The notes under the pieces are model-generated. The model was given only the letters and a program-made list of their open reading frames with translations, was not told the DNA's origin and ran no database searches. DNA of 64,000 nt from an uncultured Alphaproteobacteria bacterium (GTDB lineage Bacteria; Pseudomonadota; Alphaproteobacteria; Rhizobiales; Xanthobacteraceae). The stretch covers positions 25,609 through 89,608 of the forward strand of contig CAVRFL010000018.1 of assembly GCA_963720385.1 (NCBI GenBank), written 5' to 3'. Below, one piece after another: positions 1 through 12,810 of this stretch (position 1 is its first letter; each line of letters starts with the position of its first letter). A program made the position numbers and the translations under genes.

Positions 1-36
1 CCTGCTGCTGCCAAGAAGTCCGCACCGACTGTTACG

Positions 37-300
37 ATGAAGCATCTCGCCGCGAGCCTCGCGGAAAGCCACGAGATGTCGAAAAAGCAGACCGAGGCTG
101 TGCTCGGCGACCTGGTTGGTCTGGTGACCAAACATCTCAAGAAGGGCGACCGCATCCGTATCGGCGGGCTGGGCATCCTTCAGGTCCGCAAGCGGGCTGC
201 CCGCATGGGCCGCAACCCCGCGACCGGCGAGCCGATCCAGATCAAGGCCTCCAAGAAGGTCGCGTTCCGCGCCGCCAAGGAACTCAAGGAAGCGGTCTAG
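37..300 (+). CDS. HU-family histone-like DNA-binding protein; the frame is open back to base 1 (in-frame PAAAKKSAPTVT), so a Lys/Ala-rich N-terminal extension may be cut by the window edge
   Basis: Translation has the HU/IHF signature (GDRIRIGGLGILQVRKRAARMGRNPATGEPIQIKASKKVAFRAAKELK). Confidence 0.85.
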   Translation: MKHLAASLAESHEMSKKQTEAVLGDLVGLVTKHLKKGDRIRIGGLGILQVRKRAARMGRNPATGEPIQIKASKKVAFRAAKELKEAV

Positions 301-392
301 ACACCGGTTTTCCGACTACCCCTTCCGTGCGACGTCGGCGGCCGCGAGGCCGCTGACGCGCCGGCCTTTGCTTTTCAAGACAGCGATTGACG

Positions 393-468
393 TGGTGGGC
401 GGTGACGGACTCGAACCGCCGACATCCTGCGTGTAAAGCAGGCGCTCTACCAACTGAGCTAACCGCCC
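393..468 (-). tRNA. tRNA-Val (anticodon TAC)
   Basis: Reverse complement reads GGGCGGTTAGCTCAGTTGGTAGAGCGCCTGCTTTACACGCAGGATGTCGGCGGTTCGAGTCCGTCACCGCCCACCA. It folds as a cloverleaf with anticodon loop TTTACAC, a GTTCGAGTC T-loop and an encoded CCA. Confidence 0.9.
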
Positions 469-631
469 AAACCTTGCTTGCAGACCTCTCCTTTATCGCC
501 GCCGGCGACCGGGGTGGCAAGGTTGCCGATGCGCGACCGCCTGCCGAAACGGCTGTCTCATTAACGGCGAGGCTGCCGCTTGGAAAAGACGATCCAGGAC
601 GCCTGGATCAGGCGAATAAGGCTATGCCTCA

Positions 632-1264
632 TCAGGCCGGCATCGGAATGTCCTGCACCTTCTTCGGCACGTGATAGCCTTTCTGCACGGCAGGTCGCGC
701 CGCGATAGCAAGGTACCAGCGCTTGACGTTGGGATATTTGTTGAGATCGACAGTCTGCCACTCGTAGCGCGACACCCACGGCCAGATCGCCATGTCGGCG
801 ATGGAGTAGTCGCCGGCGACGTAGTCGTTCCCGTCGAGCCGCCGGTCGAGTACGCCGTAAAGCCGGTGCGCCTCCTTGAGGTAGCGCGCCTCCGCATAGG
901 GCGCCTTGCCGGGATTGTACTTGGTGAAGTGATGCACCTGGCCGAACATCGGCCCGGGTCCGCCCATCTGCCACATCAGCCACTCGATCACGCGGTAGCG
1001 CGGCTCGCCTTCGCGCGGCATGAACTTGCCGGTCTTGTCGGCGAGGTAGATCAGGATTGCGCCCGACTCCATCAGCGCCATGCCGTTGTCGCGGTCGACG
1101 ATCGCGGGGATGCGGTTGTTGGGGCTGATCTTGAGGAACTCCGGCTTGTATTGCTCGTCCTTGCCGATGTCGACCGGATGCACGGTGTAGGGCAGCCCGA
1201 ACTCTTCGAGCGCGATGGAGGCCTTGCGGCCGTTGGGAGTGGTCCAGGTGTAGAGATCGATCAC
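632..1264 (-). CDS. glutathione S-transferase, YghU/YfcG (Nu-class)-like
   Basis: Translation is GST-like (IDLYTWTTPNGRKASIALEE...ISPNNRIPAIVD...ESGAILIYLADKTGKF). I chose the GTG at 1264, preceded by AAGGA. The longer track ORF to 1426 adds a non-homologous Pro/Ala-rich N-terminus. Confidence 0.85.
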   Translation of the reverse strand: MIDLYTWTTPNGRKASIALEEFGLPYTVHPVDIGKDEQYKPEFLKISPNNRIPAIVDRDNGMALMESGAILIYLADKTGKFMPREGEPRYRVIEWLMWQMGGPGPMFGQVHHFTKYNPGKAPYAEARYLKEAHRLYGVLDRRLDGNDYVAGDYSIADMAIWPWVSRYEWQTVDLNKYPNVKRWYLAIAARPAVQKGYHVPKKVQDIPMPA

Positions 1265-1425
1265 AGGATGGTTCCTTGCTGACGCATTGGCCGGACGTCC
1301 GGCGGGTGCAAATTGCGGGTTTGGGGGGTGTCCCGCAAGGCCCGTGATTGCCGCCAGGACACCGCCTGCCGGGCGTTGCACAATGGACGCAGCAAAGGCC
1401 CAATAAGGCTGCCGGGGAGGATGCA

Positions 1426-2413
1426 ATGACCGATTTCACTGCGCATGCATTACGGTTTGCCATTCTTGTCGCGGCATTGGCGGCCGTGGCGCCGACTACC
1501 GCCATCGCGCAATCCGACTTCCCGCGGCGCGCGGTCAAGTTCGTGGTGCCCGTGCCGCCCGGCAACATGCTCGAACTCGATGCCGCGCATCATCGGCGAG
1601 AAGCTCGCGATGCGCTGGAACCAGCCGGTGATCGTCGAGAACCGGCCTGGCGCGGCGTCCAACCTGGGCGCGGAGGCGGTCTGGAAATCGGAGCCCGACG
1701 GTTACACCCTGCTGGTGACACCGCCCGGCCCGCTGGTGGTGAGCCAGCACGTCTATCCGAAGCTCGGTTTCGACCCGGCGACCTTCGTACCCGTCTCAAC
1801 GCTGATCCGGTTCCCGTTCATCCTCGTCGTCAATCCGAAACTGCCGGTGTCGAATCTTGCCGAGTTGATCGCGCGCGCCAAGGCAAACCCGGGTAAGGTC
1901 ACCTTCGGCTCCCCCGGTGTCAGCAGCACGCCGCACCTTGCGATGGAGCGATTTGCGGCGGCGGCGGCGGGCATCCGCTTCGTTCATGTCCCCTATCCCG
2001 GCCTCGCGCCGGCGATGCGCGACCTGCTCGCGGGCCATATCGACGCCATCTTCGACACCCCCGGCAACACGCTCCCCCACGTCGCCAGCGGCGGCGTGAA
2101 GGCGCTGGCGGTGACCGGCGAGCAGCGCATCCCCGAACTGCCGGACGCGCCGCCAATCGCCGCGACCCTGCCCGGGATCGTGCACACCGACTGGTTCGCC
2201 GTGGTCGCGCCGCCGAAGACGCCGCCGGAGATCGCCGCAAGACTTTCGCAGGCGATCGCGGAGGCGATGAAGCTGCCCGACGTGGCCAAGCGGATCGCCG
2301 AGTTCAATGTGACGGCGATCGGAAACTCGCCGGCGGAAACCGGAGCGCTGATGAAACGGGAGGCGGAGCAGTACCGAACGCTGATCGCCGCGGCGGGAAT
2401 CAAGGTGCAATAG
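1426..2413 (+). pseudogene. Bug/TctC-family periplasmic solute-binding protein, apparently frameshifted near 1560-1590
   Basis: ATG at 1426 has a GGGGAGG RBS. The signal peptide and FPRRAVKFVVPVPPG lie in frame 1. The rest of the Bug domain (SNSMPRIIGEKLAMRWNQPVIVENRPGA...DGYTLL...) continues in frame 2 (track ORF 1445..2413). Confidence 0.75.
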
Positions 2414-2427
2414 AGAACAAGCAAAAA

Positions 2428-2517
2428 TCCTCGCCCGCCGAGACGGCGGACTTCCTGAAGAAGGAATCCGCGCGCTGGCGGCAGGTCATCGCTGCCGCCG
2501 GGATCAAGCCGGAATAG
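2428..2517 (+). pseudogene. relic 3' end of a second Bug-family gene (29 codons plus stop)
   Basis: It translates to SSPAETADFLKKESARWRQVIAAAGIKPE*. This parallels the C-terminus of the preceding gene (NSPAETGALMKREAEQYRTLIAAAGIKVQ*), which ends 15 nt upstream. Confidence 0.6.
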
Positions 2518-2528
2518 GCGCAGCGCCT

Positions 2529-2564
2529 AATACGCAAACGGCGGCGCCGTTGCCGGCGCCGCCG
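2529..2564 (-). terminator. putative rho-independent terminator downstream of lon
   Basis: 10-bp GC stem (CGGCGGCGCC / GGCGCCGCCG) with a 6-nt loop, followed on the minus strand by TTTGCGTATT. Confidence 0.45.
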
Positions 2565-2627
2565 AAAGGAATTGTCGCTTATCCCCTCCCTACCCTCCCC
2601 GCAAGCGGCGAGGGTAAAAGGGAGAGA

Positions 2628-5072
<2,445 letters not shown>

Positions 5073-5384
5073 GGCCCAAGTTCCTTGTTGTTGTGCCCCT
5101 CGTCCGCAACCCGCTGCGTGCGGCATTGACGGTCGAGTGCCGGGAGGGCCGGGAAGGGAACACGGCGAGTGAGTGGAGGTGCCGTGCGCCAGAGGGATGG
5201 GTACGAAACCCTCCCCGGAAGTGACGCGATCCTTCGTACGATTTCATCGGCACTATTAGGTGGCGATGGCCGGGTGAAGTGTCAAGTAAGCCTGAAAATT
5301 CAGGCAAATAACGGTATCGGGACCGTTCCGGCGGAGGACCGTTGGCGAATCGCAGCTGTGACGCCGAGGGCGTCATGACCGCGC

Positions 5385-6659
<1,275 letters not shown>

Positions 6660-6919
6660 TCCCTGTCTCCATCGGCGCGCAGCCGTGGCCGCGAGCCGGT
6701 CATTCCCACCATAACAAGGGTACCACTAAGAGTCCGTAGCGCGGATGTCACACATCCCTTGGTATTTTGCCCTTATCCTGACCATCTTACTCCTAGCGAA
6801 GCACGGTAGCGCAGCGATAATCAAGAATCTATTAATGATGAAAATTCAGGGTCATGGCAGGTTTTTGACCACCGCCCGGGGAAAATCGGGGAGCCACCGG
6901 CCCCGCCGCCCTTTTGGTA

Positions 6920-7558
6920 TCAGACAACCTTGAGCGCCGCCGGATCGTCGGGCCGCCGGTCGAGGACCTTGTCGACGACGCCCCATTCGACCGCCATCTC
7001 GCCGGTCAGGAAGTAGTCGCGCTCGAGCGCATCCTCGATCTTCTTGAGCGTCTGGCCGGTATGCTTCACGTAAATATCGTTGAGCCGCTTCTTGATGTTC
7101 AGGATCTCCTGGGCGTGCAACATGATGTCGGTCGCCTGCCCCTGAAAACCACCCGAAGGCTGATGCAGCATGATCCGCGCATTGGGGAGCGCGAAGCGCA
7201 TACCCGTCTTTCCGGCGGCGAGCAGCAGCGATCCCATGGACGCCGCCTGACCGACGCAAAGCGTCGAGATCGGCGAACGGATGAACTGCATGGTGTCGTA
7301 GATCGCCAGCCCCGACGTCACAACGCCGCCGGGCGAGTTGATGTACATGGCGATCTCTTTTTTCGGGTTCTCCGCCTCCAGGAACAGGAGCTGCGCCACG
7401 ATCAGCGTCGACATGGTGTCGTCGATCGGGCCCGGGATGAAGATGATGCGCTCCTTCAGAAGCCGCGAGAAGATGTCATAGCGGATCGAGCCGCGCGCGG
7501 TGACCTCCTCGACGCTCGGGATGAAGAAGCTGTTGTAGACGTTCAGCGGGTCCCTCAT
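6920..7558 (-). CDS. clpP: ATP-dependent Clp protease proteolytic subunit ClpP
   Basis: Translation is ClpP-like ([16 protein letters not shown]...[21 protein letters not shown]...[14 protein letters not shown]). ATG at 7558 is preferred over the upstream in-frame extension. Confidence 0.95.
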   Translation of the reverse strand: MRDPLNVYNSFFIPSVEEVTARGSIRYDIFSRLLKERIIFIPGPIDDTMSTLIVAQLLFLEAENPKKEIAMYINSPGGVVTSGLAIYDTMQFIRSPISTLCVGQAASMGSLLLAAGKTGMRFALPNARIMLHQPSGGFQGQATDIMLHAQEILNIKKRLNDIYVKHTGQTLKKIEDALERDYFLTGEMAVEWGVVDKVLDRRPDDPAALKVV

Positions 7559-7773
7559 GGGCGCTCTGCCTCGTTCGGTAGCCTCGGATCCTTCGGATGC
7601 CGCTCCAGGACGTCGAGACACTGGGTTATGCAGTCATCACAGATATATGCGAAAGCGCCGGCGACAAGACGCTCCACCTGCTCGGCGCTCCGGCCGCAGA
7701 ACGAGCAGGCGAGCGGCGGCCGGAACAGACGTCCGATCTGGCCCAACGCAGTGCCGGGTCGCAAGTCGATCAT
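7555..7773 (-). CDS. small protein consisting only of a ClpX-type C4 zinc-binding domain
   Basis: 72 aa; ATG at 7773 lies 7 nt after [40 protein letters not shown] parallels the ClpX N-terminus with all four Cys conserved. Its TGA overlaps the clpP ATG (ATGA at 7555-7558). Confidence 0.65.
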   Translation of the reverse strand: MIDLRPGTALGQIGRLFRPPLACSFCGRSAEQVERLVAGAFAYICDDCITQCLDVLERHPKDPRLPNEAERP

Positions 7774-8065
7774 GTCCGCGCTCCTTATCCACGATTCGTC
7801 CGACCAAAGCATTATGGCAGCAGGCCCTGCGCCGTAAGCCCGGATTCATCCTTAAAGTCTGGTCGTAGTGAGGCGGCGCCCGCACGGCGACGGCGGCCGC
7901 TTGGTGAACATAGGATGGCAACGGCCGCCGTTACACCCCCTACCCTTGGCGTACAGTGGCCTCCGCGCCCGGCGCTTCGGGCACATCCTGCGCTTGCTGG
8001 CCCCAGGTCCGCGGCTTTAAGCTGGTATCGCCGCAAGAAACGCTGGGCAAGAAGCCGAGAGGATC

Positions 8066-8917
8066 ATGGCCATTCGATCTGAGGCGGTGCCGATTGCGTG
8101 CATCGTGATCGTCGGGCTCTTAGCGCTAACCATCGCCTCCGATCACGTATTGGTCCGCGCTCAATCAGCCGATCTCGCGCTTTGTGATCGCGTCGCCGCC
8201 GACCCCGCCGATCCGGACAAGCCGGCGGACGTCAAAGGCACTCGCGATGTCGCCTCGTCCGATATCGCGACAGCGATCAAATATTGCAGGATCGCTGCCG
8301 CCAAATCGCGCCGGGCGCTCTACCAGCTCGGTCGCGCCTATGCGGCCAATCAACAATGGCCGGAAGCCATGGGCGCCTATCGCAGCGCGGCCGACAAGGG
8401 CAGCACGACGGCCATGGTCGAGCTCGGCGTGATGTTCGGGACCGGGACAGGCGTCCCCAAGGACGAAGCCCAGGCGCGCAAGCTGTTCGAGCGCGCCTCC
8501 GAGGCCGGCAATCCCCGCGGCGTCACCAATCTCGCGGCGCTCACGGGTGGCGCACCGTCGGATCCCGTCAGGACGAGAGACCTGCTCGTGAAAACCGCGG
8601 AGACAGGTTCCGCAGAAGCGCAGTATCAGCTCGGATTGATGACTGCCGATGGCCTCGGGGGACCGAGGGACGATGTGGCCGCGCGGGCGTGGTTTGATAA
8701 GGCCGCGACCCAAGGTCATCCCGGGGCGTTGGAGCGGATGGGCGCGTTTGCGCAGAGCGGTCGCGGCGGACCGCAGGATTCAAACGCCGCCAAAGCGTAC
8801 TACGAGCAAGCCGCCGCGCTCGGCAACGAAGATGCCAAGGCTGCTCTTGAGCGCGCAAGATGTCGGTGGGTGATCAAAGACAAGCGTGGGAACGTGGTGA
8901 CCAATCTTTGTTTCTAG
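8066..8917 (+). CDS. Sel1-like (SLR/TPR) repeat protein with an N-terminal signal/anchor
   Basis: Repeated A..Y.LG.MY..G.GVP.D...A..W..KAA..G motifs and a hydrophobic N-terminus. Confidence 0.8.
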   Translation: MAIRSEAVPIACIVIVGLLALTIASDHVLVRAQSADLALCDRVAADPADPDKPADVKGTRDVASSDIATAIKYCRIAAAKSRRALYQLGRAYAANQQWPEAMGAYRSAADKGSTTAMVELGVMFGTGTGVPKDEAQARKLFERASEAGNPRGVTNLAALTGGAPSDPVRTRDLLVKTAETGSAEAQYQLGLMTADGLGGPRDDVAARAWFDKAATQGHPGALERMGAFAQSGRGGPQDSNAAKAYYEQAAALGNEDAKAALERARCRWVIKDKRGNVVTNLCF

Positions 8918-8949
8918 CGCGTAGCGGGCACTGAACGGCACCGCTGACA

Positions 8950-10320
8950 TCAAGCCGGGGCTGCCGCTGCAGGCTCGTCGTCGTCTTCCTTGAACAGTTC
9001 GTCCTTGGAGACCGTCTTGTCGGTCACCTTGGCGAGTTCCAGCAGGAAGTCGACCACCTTCTCTTCGTAGATCGGCGCGCGGATACCGGCCATCGCCTGC
9101 GGATTCTTGCGGTAGTAGTCCCAGACTTCCTGCTCGCGACCCGGCACCTGGCGGGCGCGCTCGACAATGGCCCGCGAGATCTCCTCGTCACTGACCTTGA
9201 TACTGTTCTTCTCGCCGATTTCGGCCAGCAGCAGTCCAAGGCGGACACGCCGCTCGGCGATGGCGCGGTACTCCTCCCGCGCCTTCTCCTCGGTAGTGCC
9301 TTCGTCGGCGAACGTACGGTTTTGCCGCTTGAGATCGGCTTCAATGGTGGTCCAGATCGAAGCAAACTCGTCCTCGACCAGCGTCGGCGGCGGCGTGAAC
9401 TTGTGCAGCGCGTCGAGCTGGTCAAGCAGCTTGCGCTTGAGCTTCTGGCGGCTCATGGCGGCGTGATCGCGCGCCAGGCGGTCCTTGACCGCGTCTCTGA
9501 GTTTCTCCAGCGACTCCAGTCCGAGCGACTTGGCGAATTCGTCATCGACGGCGACGGCGGTCGGCGCCTCGATCGCCTTGGCGGTGACGTCGAATTCGGC
9601 TGCCTTGCCGGCCAGCGTCTCGGTCGGATAGGCGGCCGGAAAGGTGACCTTGACCAGGCGCATTTCCCCGACGACGATGCCCACCAGCTGATCTTCAAAG
9701 CCGGGAATGAACTGGTTGGAGCCGACATTCACGGCGACATCGTTGCCGGTTCCGCCGGCAAACGGCGCCCCGTCGATTCGTCCGATGAAGTCGATGACCA
9801 CGCGATCGCCCTGCTCGACCTTGGCCCCCTCGCCTTTGGCCGCGTAGGGCCGGTTCTGCTCGGCGATCTGGTTCAGCGCCGCGTCGATCTCGGCGTCGGC
9901 GACATCGGCGACCAGCCGCTCCAGCTTGATGCCGCCGAAGTCGGCGAGCGTGATCGCCGGCAGCACCTCGAACGACAGCGTGTAGGCGAGATCGGCTTGG
10001 CCGCTGATGACGCGGTCGACCTCGGTCTCCTCGTTCGGAATGGTGACCTTCGGCTCGCGGGCGAGCCGCAGTCCACGCTCCTCGACGATCTGGGCGTTGA
10101 GTTCACGGATGACAGTCTCGACCGTCTCCGCCATCACCGAGCGGCCGTAGACCTTACGCAGGTGCGTCACCGGCACCTTGCCTGGACGGAAGCCGCGCAA
10201 CTGCACGCGATCCTTGAGCTCGGCGAGCCGCCCCGCCACTCGCGCTTCGAGATCGGCGGCCGGAACGGTCACCTGGAATTCGCGTTTGAGACCTTCGGTA
10301 ACTGTTTCTGTGACTTGCAT
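8950..10320 (-). CDS. tig: trigger factor
   Basis: 456 aa beginning [21 protein letters not shown]...RGFRPGKVP, with an FKBP-type middle domain and an acidic C-terminus. Confidence 0.95.
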   Translation of the reverse strand: MQVTETVTEGLKREFQVTVPAADLEARVAGRLAELKDRVQLRGFRPGKVPVTHLRKVYGRSVMAETVETVIRELNAQIVEERGLRLAREPKVTIPNEETEVDRVISGQADLAYTLSFEVLPAITLADFGGIKLERLVADVADAEIDAALNQIAEQNRPYAAKGEGAKVEQGDRVVIDFIGRIDGAPFAGGTGNDVAVNVGSNQFIPGFEDQLVGIVVGEMRLVKVTFPAAYPTETLAGKAAEFDVTAKAIEAPTAVAVDDEFAKSLGLESLEKLRDAVKDRLARDHAAMSRQKLKRKLLDQLDALHKFTPPPTLVEDEFASIWTTIEADLKRQNRTFADEGTTEEKAREEYRAIAERRVRLGLLLAEIGEKNSIKVSDEEISRAIVERARQVPGREQEVWDYYRKNPQAMAGIRAPIYEEKVVDFLLELAKVTDKTVSKDELFKEDDDEPAAAAPA

Positions 10321-10396
10321 GGCTCAGAACTCTGCGGCCGAAGGAGCGGCGCATTACGGTTGACGACAGGCCAGCGGATGTGGCGGCCCTCTGGAT

Positions 10397-10481
10397 TGGT
10401 GCGGGCGGAGGGGCTCGAACCCCCACGTCTTGCGACACGGGAACCTAAATCCCGCGCGTCTACCAATTCCGCCACGCCCGC
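10397..10481 (-). tRNA. tRNA-Leu (anticodon TAG)
   Basis: Reverse complement reads GCGGGCGTGGCGGAATTGGTAGACGCGCGGGATTTAGGTTCCCGTGTCGCAAGACGTGGGGGTTCGAGCCCCTCCGCCCGCACCA. It has a long variable arm and an encoded CCA. Confidence 0.9.
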
Positions 10482-10622
10482 AAAGGGCACCTCGGCGCCA
10501 ATGGGAGCGGCCGGGCGGCGCGGCTTATATCACGCGCAGACTCCCATGCACACGCGAAAGATGGTCGGAGGTCAGGGCCTTTCACCGCGCGCCTGCAGGG
10601 CTCCGAGATGGAAGGCGGCTTT

Positions 10623-12122
10623 TCAGCCGTCGGTCGTTCGGCTGCCGAGAAGCCGCCGATAGACGGCAGGCAGCACCTCCGGGAGGTCTTCCGAAATCAG
10701 GCCCGGGCCGGCCTCATTGCCGGCTTCGCCGTGCAGCCAGACCGCCGCGCACGCCGCCTCAAACGCCGGCATGTGCTGGGCCGTGAGGCCGGCGCAGAAA
10801 CCGGCAAGCACATCGCCGGAGCCTGCCGTCGCAAGCCAGGCGGTGGCATTGCCGGCTATCGCGGCCCGTCCATCCGGTGCCGCAACCACCGTATCGCCGC
10901 CCTTCAGGAGCACGACCGCCCCCGTCGCGGCGGCGGCGACGCGCGCCCTGGCAAGCTTTGATGGCGCTTGAACGGCTCCGTCTAACTCGCTGAATAGGCG
11001 GCTGAACTCCCCCTCGTGCGGGGTCAGCAGCACCGCCGCTGTTCGCGCCCTGATCGCGGCCGTGAGCGACGGCAAGTCATCAGCAAAGCTCGTCAGCGCA
11101 TCGGCATCGAGCACCACCGCAGGAGCTGCCGCCAGCGCCGCCAGCACCAGTTCGCGCATCTGCCGCCCAACCCCGCCCCCTGGGCCAAGCACGGCGACGT
11201 TGCGGCGGGCATCGGCGAGGAAATCCGCCAGCGCGCCCGCATCATCGATGGGACGCACCATCACCGCCAGGCTCGCGGCTGCGTTGACCGCAAGCGCCTC
11301 GCGCGGCGATGCGATCGTCACCACACCCGCACCTGCCCGTAGCGCGCCGCGCGCCGCCAGCCGCGCCGCGCCGGTCGAGTCGATGCCGCCTGATAGCACC
11401 ACGGCATGGCCTCGCGTGTATTTGTGGCCGTCGAGGCGCGGCAACGGAAAATGGTCGATCCAGAGTTCCGGCGAATTGCGGAATGTCGCCGGCCGGATGC
11501 GGTCGAGCACGCTCGCCGGAATTCCAATGTCGGCGACGTGGACGTGCCCACAATGCAGCCGTCCCGGCAGCAGCAGATGGCCGGGCTTCTGACGAAAGAA
11601 CGTAACCGTTTCGGTCGCCATCACGGCGGCGCCCATGGAAGCGCCGGTGGTTCCGTTGATGCCGCTCGGGAGATCGACCGCAAGGACCGGGCACTGTGCA
11701 GCGTTCATCGCCTCGATGATCGCGCGAGCAGCGCCCTCCACCGGCCGGTCGAGGCCGGCCCCGAACAGGGCATCGACTATGGCGTTTGCGCCTGCCAATC
11801 GCTCGGCCGTGGCCGGCTTGGTCGTCCCGGTCCACCGTTGTGCTGCGATCGCCGCGTCGCCCCGCAGCTTGCCGGCCCCGACGCGCAGGACCTCCACCGC
11901 ATAGCCGCGTTCGGCCAGCAGGCGCGCTGCGACAAAGCCATCGCCGCCGTTGTTGCCGGAACCCGCCACAACCGCGACCCGCGACCTTTGCGGCTGCCGC
12001 AGCATGACGAAGTCCGCCACCGCCGCGCCGGCGCGCTCCATCAGTTCAATGCCGGGAACCCCGCCGGCGATTGCCAGGCGGTCCGCCTCGCCCATTTCGG
12101 CGTTGGTCAAAAGCTCGATCAT
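10623..12122 (-). CDS. nnr: bifunctional NAD(P)H-hydrate repair enzyme (epimerase / ADP-dependent dehydratase)
   Basis: 499 aa with a YjeF N-terminal domain (VVAGSGNNGGDGFVAARLL) and a C-terminal carbohydrate-kinase domain (GSGDVLAG). Confidence 0.9.
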   Translation of the reverse strand: MIELLTNAEMGEADRLAIAGGVPGIELMERAGAAVADFVMLRQPQRSRVAVVAGSGNNGGDGFVAARLLAERGYAVEVLRVGAGKLRGDAAIAAQRWTGTTKPATAERLAGANAIVDALFGAGLDRPVEGAARAIIEAMNAAQCPVLAVDLPSGINGTTGASMGAAVMATETVTFFRQKPGHLLLPGRLHCGHVHVADIGIPASVLDRIRPATFRNSPELWIDHFPLPRLDGHKYTRGHAVVLSGGIDSTGAARLAARGALRAGAGVVTIASPREALAVNAAASLAVMVRPIDDAGALADFLADARRNVAVLGPGGGVGRQMRELVLAALAAAPAVVLDADALTSFADDLPSLTAAIRARTAAVLLTPHEGEFSRLFSELDGAVQAPSKLARARVAAAATGAVVLLKGGDTVVAAPDGRAAIAGNATAWLATAGSGDVLAGFCAGLTAQHMPAFEAACAAVWLHGEAGNEAGPGLISEDLPEVLPAVYRRLLGSRTTDG

Positions 12123-12320
12123 GAAGGCCCGCCAGGTTGGCGCAGAATGCGTCGTGCGCGGCCGATTTCAAAGCCACTGCCAACGGGCTAGTCGTGGCCG
12201 GTTACAAATTAGGCAAGGTGCTCAACGTTTAAGCGAGACGGCTTCCGCAGGCTCTGAAAGCATCCCCGAGAACGCACCTAAATCATTGAAACATGGCGTT
12301 GTTTTAGGCCCCGGTGGGCT

Positions 12321-12336
12321 TGGCATGGAGCCTGCT
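12321..12336 (+). promoter_or_regulatory. candidate sigma-54 (-24/-12) promoter upstream of glnB
   Basis: TGGCATGGAGCCTGCT matches TGGCAC-N5-TTGCW with correct GG/GC spacing, about 63 nt upstream of the glnB ATG. Confidence 0.45.
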
Positions 12337-12338
12337 AA

Positions 12339-12737
<399 letters not shown>

Positions 12738-12810
12738 ACGGCTGGACGCGCAGTTCCCGGCGCGCCCCTCCTTCCAGCGATGCTGCTAGCAACGAGAGGT
12801 ACGTTATTCC

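Noticed and set aside
5073-5384. RpoH (sigma-32) promoter upstream of lon (CTTGAC-N13-CCATCGCC around 5255-5285 on the minus strand).
   Set aside because: It is only a partial match to CTTGAA/CCCCATNT, with ambiguous spacing. That is not strong enough to annotate without TSS data.
6745-6933. 62-aa ORF in the clpP-clpX intergenic region.
   Set aside because: It lies in the AT-rich regulatory spacer, has no RBS and overlaps the clpP stop on the opposite strand. Its hydrophobic start is probably fortuitous.
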